This document shows, in pieces, positions 46,746-56,548 of a stretch of 64,000 nt of DNA. A program made the position numbers and the translations under genes. Source of the stretch: an uncultured Actinomycetes bacterium (lineage in GTDB: Bacteria > Actinomycetota > Acidimicrobiia > Spongiisociales > DATADW01); NCBI GenBank assembly GCA_963758695.1, contig CAVWWM010000018.1, positions 10,234-74,233 of the forward strand. The letters run 5' to 3'. The stretch's first letter is position 1, and each line of letters begins with the position of its first letter. A model generated the notes under the pieces. The model was not told the DNA's origin. It did not search any database and saw only the letters and a list, made by a program, of their open reading frames with translations.

Positions 46746-48041
46746 GTGATGAGCGACGAGTCTCCTGCAACGAGACTTTCGGTCCGCCAGGCGGCGTTCA
46801 TCGGCGTCGCGGCGATGGTCGGCGCGGGAATATTCTCTCTCCTCGGGGCGGCGGGCGAGGTGGCTGGTGCCGCGGTCTGGCTCTCGTTCCTCATCGCTGG
46901 TGCGATCGCTGGACTCCAGGGTTACTCCTTTGCGAAATTCGGCGCTCGCTACCCCTCCGCAGGCGGGCTCCTCGAATACGTGGTGAGGGGGTTCGGTGAG
47001 GGCCACGTAACCGGGATCATTGCGTGGCTGATATTTGCCACCAACGCAATCATCACTGGCATGGTTGCGGTTTCGTTTGGCAGCTATGCCAGTTCGATGT
47101 TCGCCGATGGAAGCGCCGTGTGGGTCAAGGGCTTCGCCGTGTTGGTCGTGGTGGTCATGACGCTACTCAATTTGGCCGGCTCTCAGGCGGTGGCGCGGGT
47201 TCAAAGCCTCGTAGTCTTTGTGGTAATCGGAATATTGGTTCTCTTTGCCGTAACCACACTGGCGAACATCGAGCCCGGTCTTCTCGACGTCTCCGGATAT
47301 CCGTCCTTTCGTGACATTGTTGCCAGCGTTGCTCTGACCTTCTTTGCATTTCTTGGATTCGGTGTCATCACATTCACCGCCAAAGACCTTTCTGACCCGG
47401 CTCGACAACTTCCCCGAGCGGTGTTCTTGGCGCTGGGCATCGCCACGGTCATCTACGTCGCGGTGGCGCTGGGTGTGTTCGGAACCCTCACGGTCGACGA
47501 GGTGATCGAATCAGGCGGCACGGCCTTGGCGGTCGCTGCCGAACCCGTATTGGGTCAGGTGGGCTACTGGTTGATGAGCGTGACCGCCCTATTCGCCACT
47601 GCGGGAGCGACCAACGCTGGGCTGTATCCAGCTGCCGGGTTGTCTGAGCAGATGGCCTCGATCCGTCAGTTCCCGCCTTTGATGGGCCGCCGGTTGGCAG
47701 GGCGGGCACCCGCCGGGTTGGTCATAACTGCCTTGGCCGCCATCGTATTGGCCGTTTGGTTCGATCTATCGGCGATCGCCTCGATTGGTAGTGCGATCGC
47801 CTTGCTTGTCTTCACATTGGTGACCGCAGGGCACATAAGGGTTCGCGCTGAAACGGGAGCAATTGCCTGGCTCCTGGTCGTGGGGGTCCTCACCACCGCT
47901 GTTGTTCTGTTGACCTTCGCTGCCACGACTCTGGTAGAGGAACCGGCTACAGCGGTGGCGATTGTGGTGATTCTGGCGTTGAGCGTCTTGCTCGACCTGG
48001 CGTGGAAGCGGCGCCGCGACTCGTCAGTCTCGACCGACTGA
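46746..48041 (+). CDS. APC-superfamily amino-acid permease
   Basis: 431-aa ORF with about 12 TM segments. GVAAMVGAGIFSLLGAAG. Markedly lower GC than the rest of the window (about 51% at 47221-47400 by hand count). Confidence 0.85.
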   Translation: MMSDESPATRLSVRQAAFIGVAAMVGAGIFSLLGAAGEVAGAAVWLSFLIAGAIAGLQGYSFAKFGARYPSAGGLLEYVVRGFGEGHVTGIIAWLIFATNAIITGMVAVSFGSYASSMFADGSAVWVKGFAVLVVVVMTLLNLAGSQAVARVQSLVVFVVIGILVLFAVTTLANIEPGLLDVSGYPSFRDIVASVALTFFAFLGFGVITFTAKDLSDPARQLPRAVFLALGIATVIYVAVALGVFGTLTVDEVIESGGTALAVAAEPVLGQVGYWLMSVTALFATAGATNAGLYPAAGLSEQMASIRQFPPLMGRRLAGRAPAGLVITALAAIVLAVWFDLSAIASIGSAIALLVFTLVTAGHIRVRAETGAIAWLLVVGVLTTAVVLLTFAATTLVEEPATAVAIVVILALSVLLDLAWKRRRDSSVSTD

Positions 48042-48110
48042 GGACCTTCGCCTCAAGATCGATGACGGCCGCGGATTACAGCGTCTTCCTCGTAATGAAC
48101 CCGATGCTCG

Positions 48111-48446
48111 TCAGGCTTCGTCTTCGTCCATCTCCATGCCGGCGACAGCCATCCCGATTCCCCGCATTGCGTTTCCGATGGCCGCCACTGTTCGCGGCGT
48201 TCCGATGATCGGCATCACGGCTACTAGGACGCTCTGCACGTCGTCGGTGCTGACCCCGCTGTCGGCGGCTGCCGACAAGTTGAATAGCCACGAAGCGGGA
48301 TTGGCTCCGGTTGCGGCGAGAGCGGCAATTCTCACCATCACGAAGGTCCGATCATCGAGGCCCGATCGCTCGAAGCTGTCAACTGTCATGGCGAGCGCCT
48401 CTTGTAAAATCGGCATATCGCGTGCGGTTTCGGTTACATCGGACAT
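48111..48446 (-). CDS. Carboxymuconolactone decarboxylase / AhpD-like family protein
   Basis: GAGGAGG RBS then ATG 48446 (MSDVTETARD). Helical CMD-like sequence FVMVRIAALAATGANPA...VLVAVMPIIG. Confidence 0.65.
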   Translation of the reverse strand: MSDVTETARDMPILQEALAMTVDSFERSGLDDRTFVMVRIAALAATGANPASWLFNLSAAADSGVSTDDVQSVLVAVMPIIGTPRTVAAIGNAMRGIGMAVAGMEMDEDEA

Positions 48447-48797
48447 GGTGACCTCCTCGTCGCCGGTTCGGCGGGTCACCAAACACCATACCGATCTGGG
48501 CCGCACCACCCTGCAGTGGGTGACTCGGGGCCGCCGCCCCTCTTGGTGGTGAACAGGATGCCGCTAGCCAGCACAGCCGGGAGCCGGTGGACACTTGCGG
48601 AGCCGGCAATCGATCGCGGTGGTACGGACTCGGCGCTCCTCGAGCCGTTGCCTGCACCCGACTTATCGTCCCGAGGCGCTGATATCTACGCTACGTTGAG
48701 ACGGGATGACCTAACCACCACCCAGGGGTGGTGACACGCGTCCCGTGCTGTGAGACGCTCCGGCGGGAGCGATGGGCTCTTTGGAAGGAGACCTTGG

Positions 48798-49184
48798 ATG
48801 GACAGTTTGTTGGACGTGTTCTGGGCGATGCTGTGGTTCTTCCTGTTCTTCGTGTGGATCTGGCTGCTGATCACCGTCTTCGCCGACGTCTTCCGCAGCG
48901 ACGATCTGTCGGGGTGGGGAAAGGCGCTGTGGGTGCTGTTCGTGATCATCCTCCCCTACCTCGGGGTGCTGGTGTATCTGATCGCCCGGGGCAAGTCCAT
49001 GCAGGAGCGTGCCATCCGCCAGGCGGCAGAGCAGGAGAAGGCTCAACGCCAGTACATCCAGGAGGTGAGCTCGACCGGCGGCGCCTCGACTGCTGAGGAA
49101 CTGGCCAAACTGGCCCAGTTGAGGGACTCAGGGGTCATCACCGCCGACGAGTTCGCCGCCCAGAAGGCCAAGATCCTCGCTTGA
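48798..49184 (+). CDS. Membrane protein with PLD-nuclease N-terminal (PLDc_N) domain and C-terminal SHOCT domain
   Basis: GGAAGGAG RBS then ATG 48798. FADVFRSDDLSGWGKALWVLFVIILPYLGVLVYLIARG. SHOCT LAKLAQLRDSGVITADEFAAQKAKIL. Confidence 0.8.
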   Translation: MDSLLDVFWAMLWFFLFFVWIWLLITVFADVFRSDDLSGWGKALWVLFVIILPYLGVLVYLIARGKSMQERAIRQAAEQEKAQRQYIQEVSSTGGASTAEELAKLAQLRDSGVITADEFAAQKAKILA

Positions 49185-49250
49185 AACAGGCTGTCCACGG
49201 AACAAGGCGACCTGGCAGGGGGACACCGGGGCCCTGATCTAGGAGGAGTC

Positions 49251-49685
49251 ATGACACAGCCCGACGCCTACGGGCCAACCGATGTGATCGTCATCGAGTT
49301 TCCCAGCGGTGCCGACGGCGCCAATACCGCCACGGCACTTGGCGATCTCGTAGACAACGCGACAGTGCGGCTGTACGACCTGATGGTCGTCACCACCGAT
49401 GCCGACGGCTCCTGCACCGAGGTAGACCTGTCATCCGACGGGCCGCTCTCTGCACTCGCCAGGTTCTCGGGAGCCCGGTCGGGGCTGCTGACGACGGATG
49501 ACGTGGTCGACCTGGCCGGGGTACTCGAACCGGGGAAAGCGGCCGTGGTGTTGGTCTACGAGAACGCATGGGCGATCCCATTTGTGGCCGCGGCTCGAGG
49601 TGAGGATGGCCACATGGTCGCCACCTCCCGCCTCTCCGCAGAGGAAATCATGAACGCGCTGGACGCCGCCGAGGCGGCTAACTGA
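49251..49685 (+). CDS. Acidic hypothetical protein (resembles the DUF6325 family often found beside SHOCT proteins; family assignment from memory)
   Basis: AGGAGG RBS. 144-aa ORF YGPTDVIVIEFPSG...VRLYDLMVVTTDADG...VVLVYENAWAIPFVAAARG. Confidence 0.6.
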   Translation: MTQPDAYGPTDVIVIEFPSGADGANTATALGDLVDNATVRLYDLMVVTTDADGSCTEVDLSSDGPLSALARFSGARSGLLTTDDVVDLAGVLEPGKAAVVLVYENAWAIPFVAAARGEDGHMVATSRLSAEEIMNALDAAEAAN

Positions 49686-49699
49686 GAGGGAGAAAGCAA

Positions 49700-50005
49700 A
49701 TGCCAGGACTCATGCGCGGGATTGCGCGCACTGCCGTGGTCGCCGGGACGGCGAGCGCCGTCAGTGGCCGGGTACAACGCCGGCAGGCCGAGCGCTACGC
49801 CGATCGGGATGCGCAGATCTACGCAGATCGCCAGCAGGCATACGATCAGGCGGTTGCTCCGCCCCCCCAGCCGGCGCCGCAATATTCCCCGTCCGCTGGC
49901 TCCGAGGACACCCTGGCCCAGCTGCGCGAGCTCGGCGACCTCAAGGCCCAGGGCATCCTCACCGAGGAGGAGTTCGCCATCCAGAAGGCCCGAATTCTCG
50001 CCTGA
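49700..50005 (+). CDS. SHOCT-domain protein
   Basis: 101-aa ORF with a hydrophobic N-terminus and a Q/P-rich linker. SHOCT LAQLRELGDLKAQGILTEEEFAIQKARIL. Confidence 0.75.
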   Translation: MPGLMRGIARTAVVAGTASAVSGRVQRRQAERYADRDAQIYADRQQAYDQAVAPPPQPAPQYSPSAGSEDTLAQLRELGDLKAQGILTEEEFAIQKARILA

Positions 50006-50304
50006 TCATCCATCGCGGGTGACTGGCGGCTCGAGTAGTCATGAAGTGGGCCGGCCGGAATGTGACGGCACCGGGGGCGGTCGCCTTATCGAGATCCTGG
50101 CGCGCCATCGTCTGGTCGTCCACTCGCTCGCCACCGGCTGCCCACAACGATCCGCTGTGGAGTGGTGCGTCTGTACCGACTCTGGTGGACGATGAATGTG
50201 CTCACGCGGGTAATCGGGTTGCCACCTCGACATAAGATGCGGCAGTCAATCCCTCATTGCACCGGTGGATGGGATCGAGATGTTTGACGTCGAACGGAGG
50301 ATCG

Positions 50305-53076
50305 ATGAGTAGCGGCGGCCCCGACCCAACAGCCATGCAAGCAACGGTCAGCAGCTCTGCTCCGGCGCCCTATCGAGTCGAAGCGGAGGCGGTGGCCGCA
50401 ACACTGGATGTTGACGTCAGTCGCGGTCTCAGCGCCGGAGATGTGGAACGCCGCCGCCAGGAGTACGGCTCGAATCACCTGACCGGTGCCAAGAAGGAGT
50501 CGGGCTTCCAGGCATTCCTCCGGCAGTACGAGGATTTCATGCAGATCGTCCTGTTGGCCGCGGCGGTGATCAATCAGGTGGTCACCGGGGACACAGGCAC
50601 GACGGTGGTGCTGGCCGGACTCACCCTTTTCAACGCCGTGATCGGACTTCATCAGGAAGCGAAGGCCGAGGAGAGCGTCAAGGCGCTCGCACAGATGATG
50701 AAGACGATCGCCCGGGTCCGGCGCGATGGCCAAACGATCGAAATCGACGCCGGCGAGTTGGTCCCCGGTGACGTGGTGCTCGTCGAGGCAGGCAACGTCG
50801 TCCCCGCCGACGCCCGGATCACACTCGCCGCCAACCTCGAGATCGAGGAGGCGGCATTGACCGGGGAGAGTCTGCCGGTTGCGAAGAGCACCGAACCGGT
50901 ACCTGGCGAGGACATCCCGCTCGGAGACCGGACCTGCATCGCCTACATGAACACCTCGGTCACCCGTGGCCGTGGCGAGATGATCGTCACCGCGACAGGC
51001 ATGGCTACAGAGATCGGGCACATCGCAGATCTCCTTTCCAATACCGAAGCGGAAAAGACACCGCTCCAGAAGCAACTAGACGGACTCTCCAAGATCATTG
51101 CCACGATCGCCGGCATCGCGTTGGTTCTCGTCGTCCTCTTGGGGTTGCTACGTGGCGAGTCGTTCGACACCCTCTTCATAACGGGTGTGGCGCTGGCCGT
51201 CGCCGCCATCCCTACCGGGCTTCCGGCGGTCGTAACCGCGCTGCTCTCGATCGGAACTCAGGAGATCGCACGCCGCAACGCCATCGTCAAGCGGCTTCCT
51301 GCCGTCGAAACCCTCGGGTCCACATCGGCGATCTGCTCCGACAAGACGGGCACGCTCACATTGAACAAGATGACGGCCCGGGAGATGGCTATCCCGGGTC
51401 AGAACCGGTTCACCGTCTCCGGCGAGGGATACAGCATCGAGGGCGAGATCATGCACGTCGGGGGCGAGCACTTCGACCTCGATCCCTATCTCCTTCCGAC
51501 AGTGCTCTGTGCCGATGCCGTCTTGGATGGCGAAAGCCTGATCGGCGATCCCACCGAGGGAGCCCTCATCGTGCTCGGGGCCAAGGGCGGGCTCGACATA
51601 GAGACCACACGCCAGACATATCCACGTGTCGCCGAGGTTCCATTCGACTCGGAGTACAAGTTCATGGCGACGTTCCACGAGATGAAGGGAGCGGATGGCA
51701 CCCCGGTGGTCCGGTGTTACGTCAAAGGAGCGCCCGATGTCCTCATCTCGCGGGCTGGTTCCTATCTGGCTCCTGACGGGACCGCCTTCCCGGTATCCGA
51801 CGACAACCGTCACCTGGCATCCGACGCAAACGATGCGATGGCTGAGGCCGGCCAGCGCGTCATGGTGGTTGCCCAGAAGGACTTCGATCCGTCGTCATTT
51901 GATGGTGAAAGCAACCTCATCGAACTCGTGGATGACCTCACCCTTCTGGCGATGGTCGGAATCGTCGATCCTCCCCGGTCCGAGGCGAAAGCTGCGATCG
52001 CAGAGTGCAAACAGGCGGGGATCCGGGTTCGGATGATCACCGGAGATCACGCCACCACCGCCGGAGCCATCGCCAAGGAACTCGGGATCGAAGGACGAGC
52101 GGTCACCGGCACCGAGTTCGCCGCGATGAGCGACGAGGAACTGACCTCGCAGCTCTCGGAAATCGGTGTGGTGGCGAGGGTCGCTCCCGAGGACAAGATC
52201 CGTCTTGTCCGCATGCTCCAGGGGACCGGCAACGTCGTGGCCATGACCGGCGATGGCGTCAACGACGCTCCCGCACTGAAGGCGGCCGATATCGGCGTGG
52301 CCATGGGCATCACCGGCACCGAGGTCTCCAAGGAGGCGGCGGTGATGATCCTCACCGACGACAACTTCGCCACCATCGTGAACGCGGTCGAGTACGGCAG
52401 GGGTCTGTACGACAACCTGCTCAAGTACCTGCGTTTTCAGATGTCGACCCTGGTCGCCTATATCGCCCTCTTCATCGCCGCCGGCGTCTTCACCATCGCC
52501 GGCGGGATCCCGCTCAACCCGCTGCAGATCTTGTGGCTCAACATGATCGTCGACATCCCGATCGCAATCGCGCTCGGTTTCGATGTGCCCAGCGCCGGGC
52601 TGATGAATCGCGCTCCCCGTCCAGTGGGAGCACCGGTTCTTTCGAGGACGGACTGGATCCGACTCTGCGTCCAGGGAGCCGTGATGACCGTGGGTTCGCT
52701 GGTCGCCTATCAGTGGGCCGAGCCGATGTTCGGTCCAGCCGTAGCCAACACCATGCTGCTCACCGCGCTCTCCCTTTTCCACCTTGCCGCCGGGTACCTG
52801 GCTCGCGACCAGCGAAACACGATCTTCGATCGGAGCCTGCTACCTGGAGCGACGCAACTCCGTCGTTACGGCATCGCACTCTTGGCGATCATCGCGGTCA
52901 CGACTATCGGCTTCCTGCAGCGGATAGTCGGAACCGTCGATCTCAGCTTGTCCCAATGGGCGATGTGCGTCGGGTTGGCGGCGACGCTCGTGGTCATCGA
53001 GGAGTTGATCAAGTTCGTGATCAGACGAAGGGAACGCGCCGAAGCGGCGCCACGCCCGGCAGTTGCCGTCAGTTAG
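50305..53076 (+). CDS. P-type ATPase, P2-like cation transporter (ion specificity unclear)
   Basis: GGAGG RBS then ATG 50305. Cation_ATPase_N (LSAGDVERRRQEYGSNHL), TGES, CSDKTGTLT (51340-51354), TGDHATTA, MTGDGVNDAPALK. The TM4 motif reads AIPTGLP rather than PEGL. Confidence 0.9.
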   Translation: MSSGGPDPTAMQATVSSSAPAPYRVEAEAVAATLDVDVSRGLSAGDVERRRQEYGSNHLTGAKKESGFQAFLRQYEDFMQIVLLAAAVINQVVTGDTGTTVVLAGLTLFNAVIGLHQEAKAEESVKALAQMMKTIARVRRDGQTIEIDAGELVPGDVVLVEAGNVVPADARITLAANLEIEEAALTGESLPVAKSTEPVPGEDIPLGDRTCIAYMNTSVTRGRGEMIVTATGMATEIGHIADLLSNTEAEKTPLQKQLDGLSKIIATIAGIALVLVVLLGLLRGESFDTLFITGVALAVAAIPTGLPAVVTALLSIGTQEIARRNAIVKRLPAVETLGSTSAICSDKTGTLTLNKMTAREMAIPGQNRFTVSGEGYSIEGEIMHVGGEHFDLDPYLLPTVLCADAVLDGESLIGDPTEGALIVLGAKGGLDIETTRQTYPRVAEVPFDSEYKFMATFHEMKGADGTPVVRCYVKGAPDVLISRAGSYLAPDGTAFPVSDDNRHLASDANDAMAEAGQRVMVVAQKDFDPSSFDGESNLIELVDDLTLLAMVGIVDPPRSEAKAAIAECKQAGIRVRMITGDHATTAGAIAKELGIEGRAVTGTEFAAMSDEELTSQLSEIGVVARVAPEDKIRLVRMLQGTGNVVAMTGDGVNDAPALKAADIGVAMGITGTEVSKEAAVMILTDDNFATIVNAVEYGRGLYDNLLKYLRFQMSTLVAYIALFIAAGVFTIAGGIPLNPLQILWLNMIVDIPIAIALGFDVPSAGLMNRAPRPVGAPVLSRTDWIRLCVQGAVMTVGSLVAYQWAEPMFGPAVANTMLLTALSLFHLAAGYLARDQRNTIFDRSLLPGATQLRRYGIALLAIIAVTTIGFLQRIVGTVDLSLSQWAMCVGLAATLVVIEELIKFVIRRRERAEAAPRPAVAVS

Positions 53077-53088
53077 AAGGAGTACGAC

Positions 53089-54090
53089 ATGGCGTTCAAT
53101 CTTCGCAATCGAAGCTTCGTAAAGGAGCTCGACTTCACCCCGGCGGAATTGCGCTTCCTGCTGAAGCTCTCCGCCGAGTTGAAGGCTGCCAAGTACGGCG
53201 GATACGAGCAGCAGCGGCTACAGGGGAAGAACATCGCGCTGATCTTCGAGAAGACGTCCACTCGGACTAGGACCGCCTTCGAGGTGGCTGCGCACGACCA
53301 GGGGGCCCACGTCACCTATCTGGAACCTTCGGGAAGCCAGATCGGGCACAAGGAGTCGATGAAGGACACGGCCCGGGTGCTGGGACGGACGTTCGACGGG
53401 ATCGAGTACCGCGGCTTCGGGCAGGAGACCGTTGAGACGCTGGCTGAACACGCCGGTGTGCCTGTATGGAACGGGCTCACCACCGAGTACCACCCCACGC
53501 AGATCCTGGCCGATGTCCTGACGATGACAGAGCACTCCGACAAGCACCTGTCGGAGATCGCCTTCTGCTACCTGGGCGATGCCCGCAACAACATGGGCAA
53601 CTCGCTCATGGTCGGCGGGTGCAAGTTCGGAATGGATGTCCGCTTGTGCGCTCCGGAGCATCTATGGCCGGCAGACGAGCTGGTGAAGACGTGCCGGGCC
53701 ATTGCGGAGGAGACCGGAGCCAGACTCACGCTCACCGAGGATGTCGATGAGGGTGTGCGGGCTGTCGATTACCTCTACACCGATGTCTGGGTGTCGATGG
53801 GTGAGGATCCCGGTGTGTGGGCTGAGCGGATCGATCTCCTCAAGCCGTACCAGGTGAACGCTGATGTTGTCCGCAGGACGGAGAACCCAGCGGTCAAGTT
53901 CATGCACTGTCTCCCTGCCTTCCACAACCGCGACACGAAGGTCGGTGAGCAGATCTTCGAGGACTACGGCCTCGAAGGCATGGAGGTCACCGACGATGTC
54001 TTCGAGTCGGAGCGCTCGATCGTCTTCGACCAGGCCGAGAACCGGATGCACACCATCAAGGCAGTGATGGTGGCCACCCTGGGCGACTGA
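53089..54090 (+). CDS. arcB: Ornithine carbamoyltransferase (catabolic type by operon context)
   Basis: Close to E. coli ArgI/ArgF by eye ([40 protein letters not shown]). GAAGGAG RBS. Only 12 nt after the ATPase stop. Confidence 0.93.
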   Translation: MAFNLRNRSFVKELDFTPAELRFLLKLSAELKAAKYGGYEQQRLQGKNIALIFEKTSTRTRTAFEVAAHDQGAHVTYLEPSGSQIGHKESMKDTARVLGRTFDGIEYRGFGQETVETLAEHAGVPVWNGLTTEYHPTQILADVLTMTEHSDKHLSEIAFCYLGDARNNMGNSLMVGGCKFGMDVRLCAPEHLWPADELVKTCRAIAEETGARLTLTEDVDEGVRAVDYLYTDVWVSMGEDPGVWAERIDLLKPYQVNADVVRRTENPAVKFMHCLPAFHNRDTKVGEQIFEDYGLEGMEVTDDVFESERSIVFDQAENRMHTIKAVMVATLGD

Positions 54091-54101
54091 TCGGACCCGC
54101 T

Positions 54102-55018
54102 ATGAGAGTGGTGCTAGCGCTCGGAGGAAACGCCCTGTTGAAGCGGGGCGAACCGATGACGGCAGAGCGTGCAGCGAGGAAACGTGAGGACGGCGGCCCC
54201 GGCGCTGGCCGCGGTGGCGACCAAGCACCAGCTGGTCCTATCGCATGGCAACGGTCCCCAGGTGGGCCTGCTGGCCCTTCAAGGTGCCGCATACGAAGAG
54301 GTCGAGGCCTACCCGCTCGATGTCCTCGGGGCGCAGACCGAGGGCATGATCGGCTATTTCCTCGAGCAGGAACTGGGGAATCGCCTGCCCTTCGAGGTCC
54401 CTTTCGCCACGATCCTCACCATGATCGAGGTGGACCCGGCGGATCCGGCCTTCGAGGATCCGACCAAGTTCGTGGGGCCTGTGTACGAGAAGCAGGAGGC
54501 CGACCAGCTCGCCTCCGACAAGGGTTGGATCGTCAAGCAGGACGGTGATCGCTGGCGCCGGGTGGTGCCCTCCCCTGAGCCGAAGCGCATATTCGAGATC
54601 CGGCCCATCCGCTGGCTGTTGGAGAGGGGCGTCGTGGTGATCTGTGCCGGCGGTGGCGGCATCCCAACCATGTACGACCCGGATGCCGAGCGCACGCTGG
54701 TCGGCGTCGAGGCCGTGATCGACAAGGACCTGGCCAGCGAGCTGCTCGCCAGGGAGGTCGAAGCCGACCTGCTGGTGATGGTGACCGACGTCGACGGCGT
54801 CTACGCCGATTGGGGCACCGAGTCGCAAAGGCGCCTCGACCGGATCACGCCGGGCGAGTTGCAGGCCATGGACTTCGCCGCCGGATCGATGGGGCCCAAG
54901 GTCGAGGCGGCGAGGCGGTTTGTCGAGCGCACCGGCAAGGCGTGCCGCGATCGGGAGCCTGGAGCAGATCGAACAGATCGTGGACGGCGCAGCGGGGACC
55001 CAGGTGGTGCCCGAGTGA
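54102..55018 (+). pseudogene. arcC: Carbamate kinase with two frame breaks (near 54163-54172 and 54934-54946)
   Basis: [22 protein letters not shown] (frame 1), then QRGNVRTAA...[10 protein letters not shown]...CAGGGGIP...[17 protein letters not shown] (ORF 54169..55038 frame), then [24 protein letters not shown] with TGA 55016-55018 (frame 3). Confidence 0.85.
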
Positions 55019-55034
55019 GGAAGGAGTTCGAGAG

Positions 55035-56297
55035 ATGAGCGCATTCGGAGTGCACTCCGAGGTCGGGAAGCTGCGGAGGGTGATGGTCCACCGACCAGAG
55101 TTGAGCCTGCAGAGGTTGACACCCACCAACCACGACGAGTTGCTCTTCGACGACGTGCTCTGGGTGGAGCGTGCCCAATACGAGCACGACCAGTTCGTGG
55201 CGAAGATGCGCGAGCGGGGGGTCGAGGTCTTCATCCTCCGCGAGCTGCTGGCCGAGGCGCTGGCTGCCAGCGAAGAGGGACGCCGCCGCCTGATCGAGCT
55301 GGCGGTGTCGGAGTACACCGTGGGCACCTCGCTGGTCGACGAGGTGCGCGCCGTGCTCTGGGCGCTCAAGCCGGAAGACCTTGCCAGGCACCTCATCGGC
55401 GGCATGACGGTCGCCGAAGCCGACATCGACCTCGATAAGCTGGGAGGCTCGTCGCTCGGCGCGGCGGCACTCGACGACACGAGTGCATTCATCCTCCCAC
55501 CGCTACCGAACACCCTGTTCACACGGGACTCGTCCTGCTGGATGTACGGGGGAGTGTCGGTCAACCCGATGTACTGGCCAGCGCGACGTCTCGAGGCCTA
55601 CAACGTCGCCGCCATCTACCGCTACCACCCGATGTTCGCCGACGCCGAATTCGAGTACTGGTACCCGGAGCTGGGCGACGATGGGCGCTTCCAGGCGGCC
55701 GACTTCGGGCGGGCCTCGCTGGAGGGAGGCGATGTCCAGCCCATCGGGAACGGGACGGTACTGATCGGACTCAGCGAGCGGACCCAGGCCCGGATGATCG
55801 AGCAGGTGGCCCGAGCCCTATTCGCCAAGGGGGCGGCGGAGCGGGTCATTGCAGTCGTGATGACCAAGGATCGCGCCCACATGCATCTGGACACGGTGTT
55901 CACACTGCTCGACCGGGACAAGGCCACCGCGTACCCGAAGGTGATGGATCAGGTCCGGGCGATCAGCCTGCGCCCCGGAACCGAACCGGGGAAGTTCCAC
56001 GTCACCGAAGAGGAGGGCTTCCTCCCAGCGGTCGCCGATGCCCTAGGTGTGAGCGACCTCCAGGTGGTCGAGACGGGGGGCAATGAGTACCAGCAGGAGC
56101 GCGAGCAGTGGGACGACGGCAACAACGTCGTCGCCCTCGAGCCCGGCGTGGTCGTCGCCTACGAACGGAACACCTTCACCATCGATGCCATGCGCCGCGC
56201 CGGTGTCGAGGTGGTCACGATCGAGGGCTTCGAGTTGGGGAAGGGACGGGGCGGAGGGCACTGCATGACGTGTCCTCTAGAGCGCGACCCGCTCTAG
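55035..56297 (+). CDS. arcA: Arginine deiminase
   Basis: AAGGAG RBS then ATG 55035 ([21 protein letters not shown]). C-terminal catalytic-Cys motif [11 protein letters not shown]. Confidence 0.92.
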   Translation: MSAFGVHSEVGKLRRVMVHRPELSLQRLTPTNHDELLFDDVLWVERAQYEHDQFVAKMRERGVEVFILRELLAEALAASEEGRRRLIELAVSEYTVGTSLVDEVRAVLWALKPEDLARHLIGGMTVAEADIDLDKLGGSSLGAAALDDTSAFILPPLPNTLFTRDSSCWMYGGVSVNPMYWPARRLEAYNVAAIYRYHPMFADAEFEYWYPELGDDGRFQAADFGRASLEGGDVQPIGNGTVLIGLSERTQARMIEQVARALFAKGAAERVIAVVMTKDRAHMHLDTVFTLLDRDKATAYPKVMDQVRAISLRPGTEPGKFHVTEEEGFLPAVADALGVSDLQVVETGGNEYQQEREQWDDGNNVVALEPGVVVAYERNTFTIDAMRRAGVEVVTIEGFELGKGRGGGHCMTCPLERDPL

Positions 56298-56332
56298 ACA
56301 GGGCGACCCTCGGACGGAAGGGAGGCGACGAG

Positions 56333-56491
56333 ATGAGCGACACCGCGAGATGGCTCATCGTGATCGTGGTACTGATGGTGATCATCGGCTTGGTCGCATT
56401 CGCCCGAGGAGGTGAGCACCGGCGAGGCGATGACATCGGTGCATTCGACTCGATACCCATCACCATCACCTTCCCGCTGCATCATGTCTGA
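56333..56491 (+). CDS. Small hydrophobic protein (52 aa), hypothetical
   Basis: GGAAGGGAGG RBS then ATG 56333. MSDTARWLIVIVVLMVIIGLVAFARGGEHRRGDD... has one predicted TM helix. Sits between arcA and the transporter gene. Confidence 0.4.
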   Translation: MSDTARWLIVIVVLMVIIGLVAFARGGEHRRGDDIGAFDSIPITITFPLHHV

Positions 56492-56548
56492 CATCCGGAC
56501 CGGGGCGATCGTTGGTTGTACCTCTTCCGTTCGAGCGGGAGGTTCCCC

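Noticed and set aside
48713-48733. Hairpin CACCACC-CAGG-GGTGGTG in the 351-bp gap, considered as a terminator or riboswitch element
   Set aside because: A short stem with no following U-tract, and no recognisable riboswitch consensus by eye. It needs a covariance-model scan before any call.
54102-55018. Programmed ribosomal frameshifting or phase variation as an explanation for the frame breaks
   Set aside because: No slippery heptamer plus downstream structure is evident. The breaks hit unrelated housekeeping-type enzymes in both directions, and the runs involved are short (4-6 nt). Indel error or ordinary mutation is simpler.
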